Below, piece by piece: positions 62,415 to 64,000 of a stretch of DNA of 64,000 nucleotides; position 1 is the first letter of the stretch, and every line of letters starts with the position of its first letter. Made by a program: the position numbers and the translations under genes. The stretch is from the NCBI GenBank assembly GCA_963702475.1, contig CAVPCT010000003.1:352001-416000 (forward strand), given 5' to 3'. Source of the stretch: an uncultured Thermoleophilia bacterium (GTDB lineage: Bacteria; Actinomycetota; Thermoleophilia; UBA2241). The notes under the pieces are model-generated. The model was not told the origin of the DNA and made no database searches. It saw only the letters and a list, made by a program, of their open reading frames with translations.

Positions 62415-63968
62415 ATGGCCACCTTCGCGGAGGCGATGGCCGCGGCGTACGCGGCGCAGGGGCCGGCGCTCGACCTGGGCCGCGGCGTGTACCAGGGCGC
62501 CGTGGTGCCCGACGCGGTCGTTACGGTGCCGCTGGCGATGATGAACCGCCACGGTCTCGTGGCCGGCGCCACCGGCACCGGCAAGACCAAGACCCTGCAG
62601 GTCATGGCGGAGCAGCTGTCCGCAGCCGGCGTGCCGGTCTTCGTCGCCGACGTGAAGGGCGACCTCTCGGGCCTCGCCGCACCGGGAGGGACAGAGGGTC
62701 CGGCGGTCAAGCGCGCCGCCGACCTGGGCATCCCGTTCGCGCCCGTGGCGTTCCCTGTGGAGTTCCTCTCGCTGGGAGGGATCGGGCCTGGCGTGCCCGT
62801 ACGCGCCACGGTGTCGGACTTCGGCCCCCAGCTGCTGGCCAGGATCCTGGGGGCCAACGAGACGCAGGCGCAGAGCCTCGGCCTCGTGTTCCGCTACGCC
62901 GACCAGAGGGCCCTCCCGCTGCTCGACCTCAGCGACCTGCGGGCACTGCTCACGTTCCTCGACTCGAAGAGCGGAAACGCCGAGCTGGCCGGCATCGGCG
63001 GCCTCTCCTCGGCCACGGTCGGCGTGTTGCTGCGCGCGCTCGTGGGCCTCGAGGACGGTGGCGGAAACGAGCTCTTCGGGGAGCCGCAGTTCGACATCGC
63101 CGACCTGCTGCGCCTGGCTCCGGACGGCCGCGGCGTGATCTCCTGTCTCGAGCTGCCCGCCGTGCAGGACAAGCCGGCGCTGTTCTCCACGGCGCTCATG
63201 TGGCTGCTTGCTGAGCTCTTCGAGGAGCTGCCGGAGGTCGGCGATCTGGAGAAGCCCAAGCTCGTGTTCTTCTTCGACGAGGCGCACCTGCTGTTCGACG
63301 GCGCGACGAAGGCGTTCGTGGACGCCGTTGCCCAGACCGTGCGCCTCGTGCGCTCAAAGGGCGTCGGCGTGTTCTTCGTGACGCAGGTGCCCAAGGACGT
63401 GCCGGCGGACGTGCTGGGGCAGCTGGGCAACCGCGTGCAGCACGCGTTGCGCGCCTTCACCCCCGACGACGCGAAGGCGCTCAAGGCGGCGGTGTCCACG
63501 TACCCCACCTCGGAGTTCTACGATATCGCCGCGCTGCTCACGCAGATGGGCATCGGCGAGGCGGCGGTGACCATCCTCTCGCCGAGAGGCGTGCCGACCC
63601 CGGTGGTGCACACGTGCGTGCGGCCGCCCATGTCGCGCATGGCGCCGGCCGACGACGTGCAGGCGGCCGCCCTGGCGTCGCCGCTGTGGGCCAGGTACGG
63701 GGCGCGCGTGGACGCGGTGAGCGCGCGCGAGATGCTGGCCGCACGCCTGCAGCCGCCGGTGCTCCCTCCGCCGGCGCCGCTGCCGCGGGTTGAGCCGGAC
63801 GCGCCGCCGCGGCCGGCGCCGCGGCCGACCGCCCGGCAGAAGCAGGCGGGCCGGGCAGTTGCCGGCGGTGTGGACGTGCTGGGTGACTTCCTCAACTCAC
63901 GCCAGGGCAAGGCGGTGCAGCGAGAGGTGGTGCGCGGGCTCTTCGGGCTGCTCAAGAGGTCGCTGTAG
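62415..63968 (+). CDS. HerA-like ATPase (DUF853)
   Basis: NRHGL.AGATGTGKT, DVKGDLSG, LPEVGD..KPKLVFFFDEAH, RSKGVG, QHALRAFTP. Confidence 0.93.
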   Translation: MATFAEAMAAAYAAQGPALDLGRGVYQGAVVPDAVVTVPLAMMNRHGLVAGATGTGKTKTLQVMAEQLSAAGVPVFVADVKGDLSGLAAPGGTEGPAVKRAADLGIPFAPVAFPVEFLSLGGIGPGVPVRATVSDFGPQLLARILGANETQAQSLGLVFRYADQRALPLLDLSDLRALLTFLDSKSGNAELAGIGGLSSATVGVLLRALVGLEDGGGNELFGEPQFDIADLLRLAPDGRGVISCLELPAVQDKPALFSTALMWLLAELFEELPEVGDLEKPKLVFFFDEAHLLFDGATKAFVDAVAQTVRLVRSKGVGVFFVTQVPKDVPADVLGQLGNRVQHALRAFTPDDAKALKAAVSTYPTSEFYDIAALLTQMGIGEAAVTILSPRGVPTPVVHTCVRPPMSRMAPADDVQAAALASPLWARYGARVDAVSAREMLAARLQPPVLPPPAPLPRVEPDAPPRPAPRPTARQKQAGRAVAGGVDVLGDFLNSRQGKAVQREVVRGLFGLLKRSL

Positions 63969-64000
63969 CACGGGCGGGGGCCGACGGCGCGACGACCGCC

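Overview
High-GC bacterial DNA, most likely an actinobacterium of Thermoleophilia type (inferred from gene style and leaderless -10 boxes), with several anaerobe-type genes. The backbone is housekeeping: two purine clusters (purS-Q-L-F and purA-D-E...purB), ddl, aroA, larB, a wbpA/B/D-like nucleotide-sugar trio, xdhC-mocA, sod and mscL. The main discovery is two methylamine:corrinoid methyltransferase genes, trimethylamine MttB (30951-32420) and dimethylamine MtbB (38260-39648). Each is split in the ORF track by one in-frame TAG at the position homologous to pyrrolysine in methanogen enzymes, which points to Pyl (22nd amino acid) recoding. TAG still ends about 9 ordinary genes in the window, including purB. 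Both amber codons are followed by a GTGAC...GTCAC hairpin. Around these genes lie an ECF sigma/anti-sigma locus with a shared 33-bp promoter motif, three surface proteins sharing a pilin-head-like WPxNP domain, a 3x77-bp structured repeat, and a Rieske-Grx-FTR-Rieske-SOD redox cluster. Several single-base frameshifts look like long-read assembly errors. No rRNA, tRNA (including tRNA-Pyl), CRISPR array or transposase was recognised.
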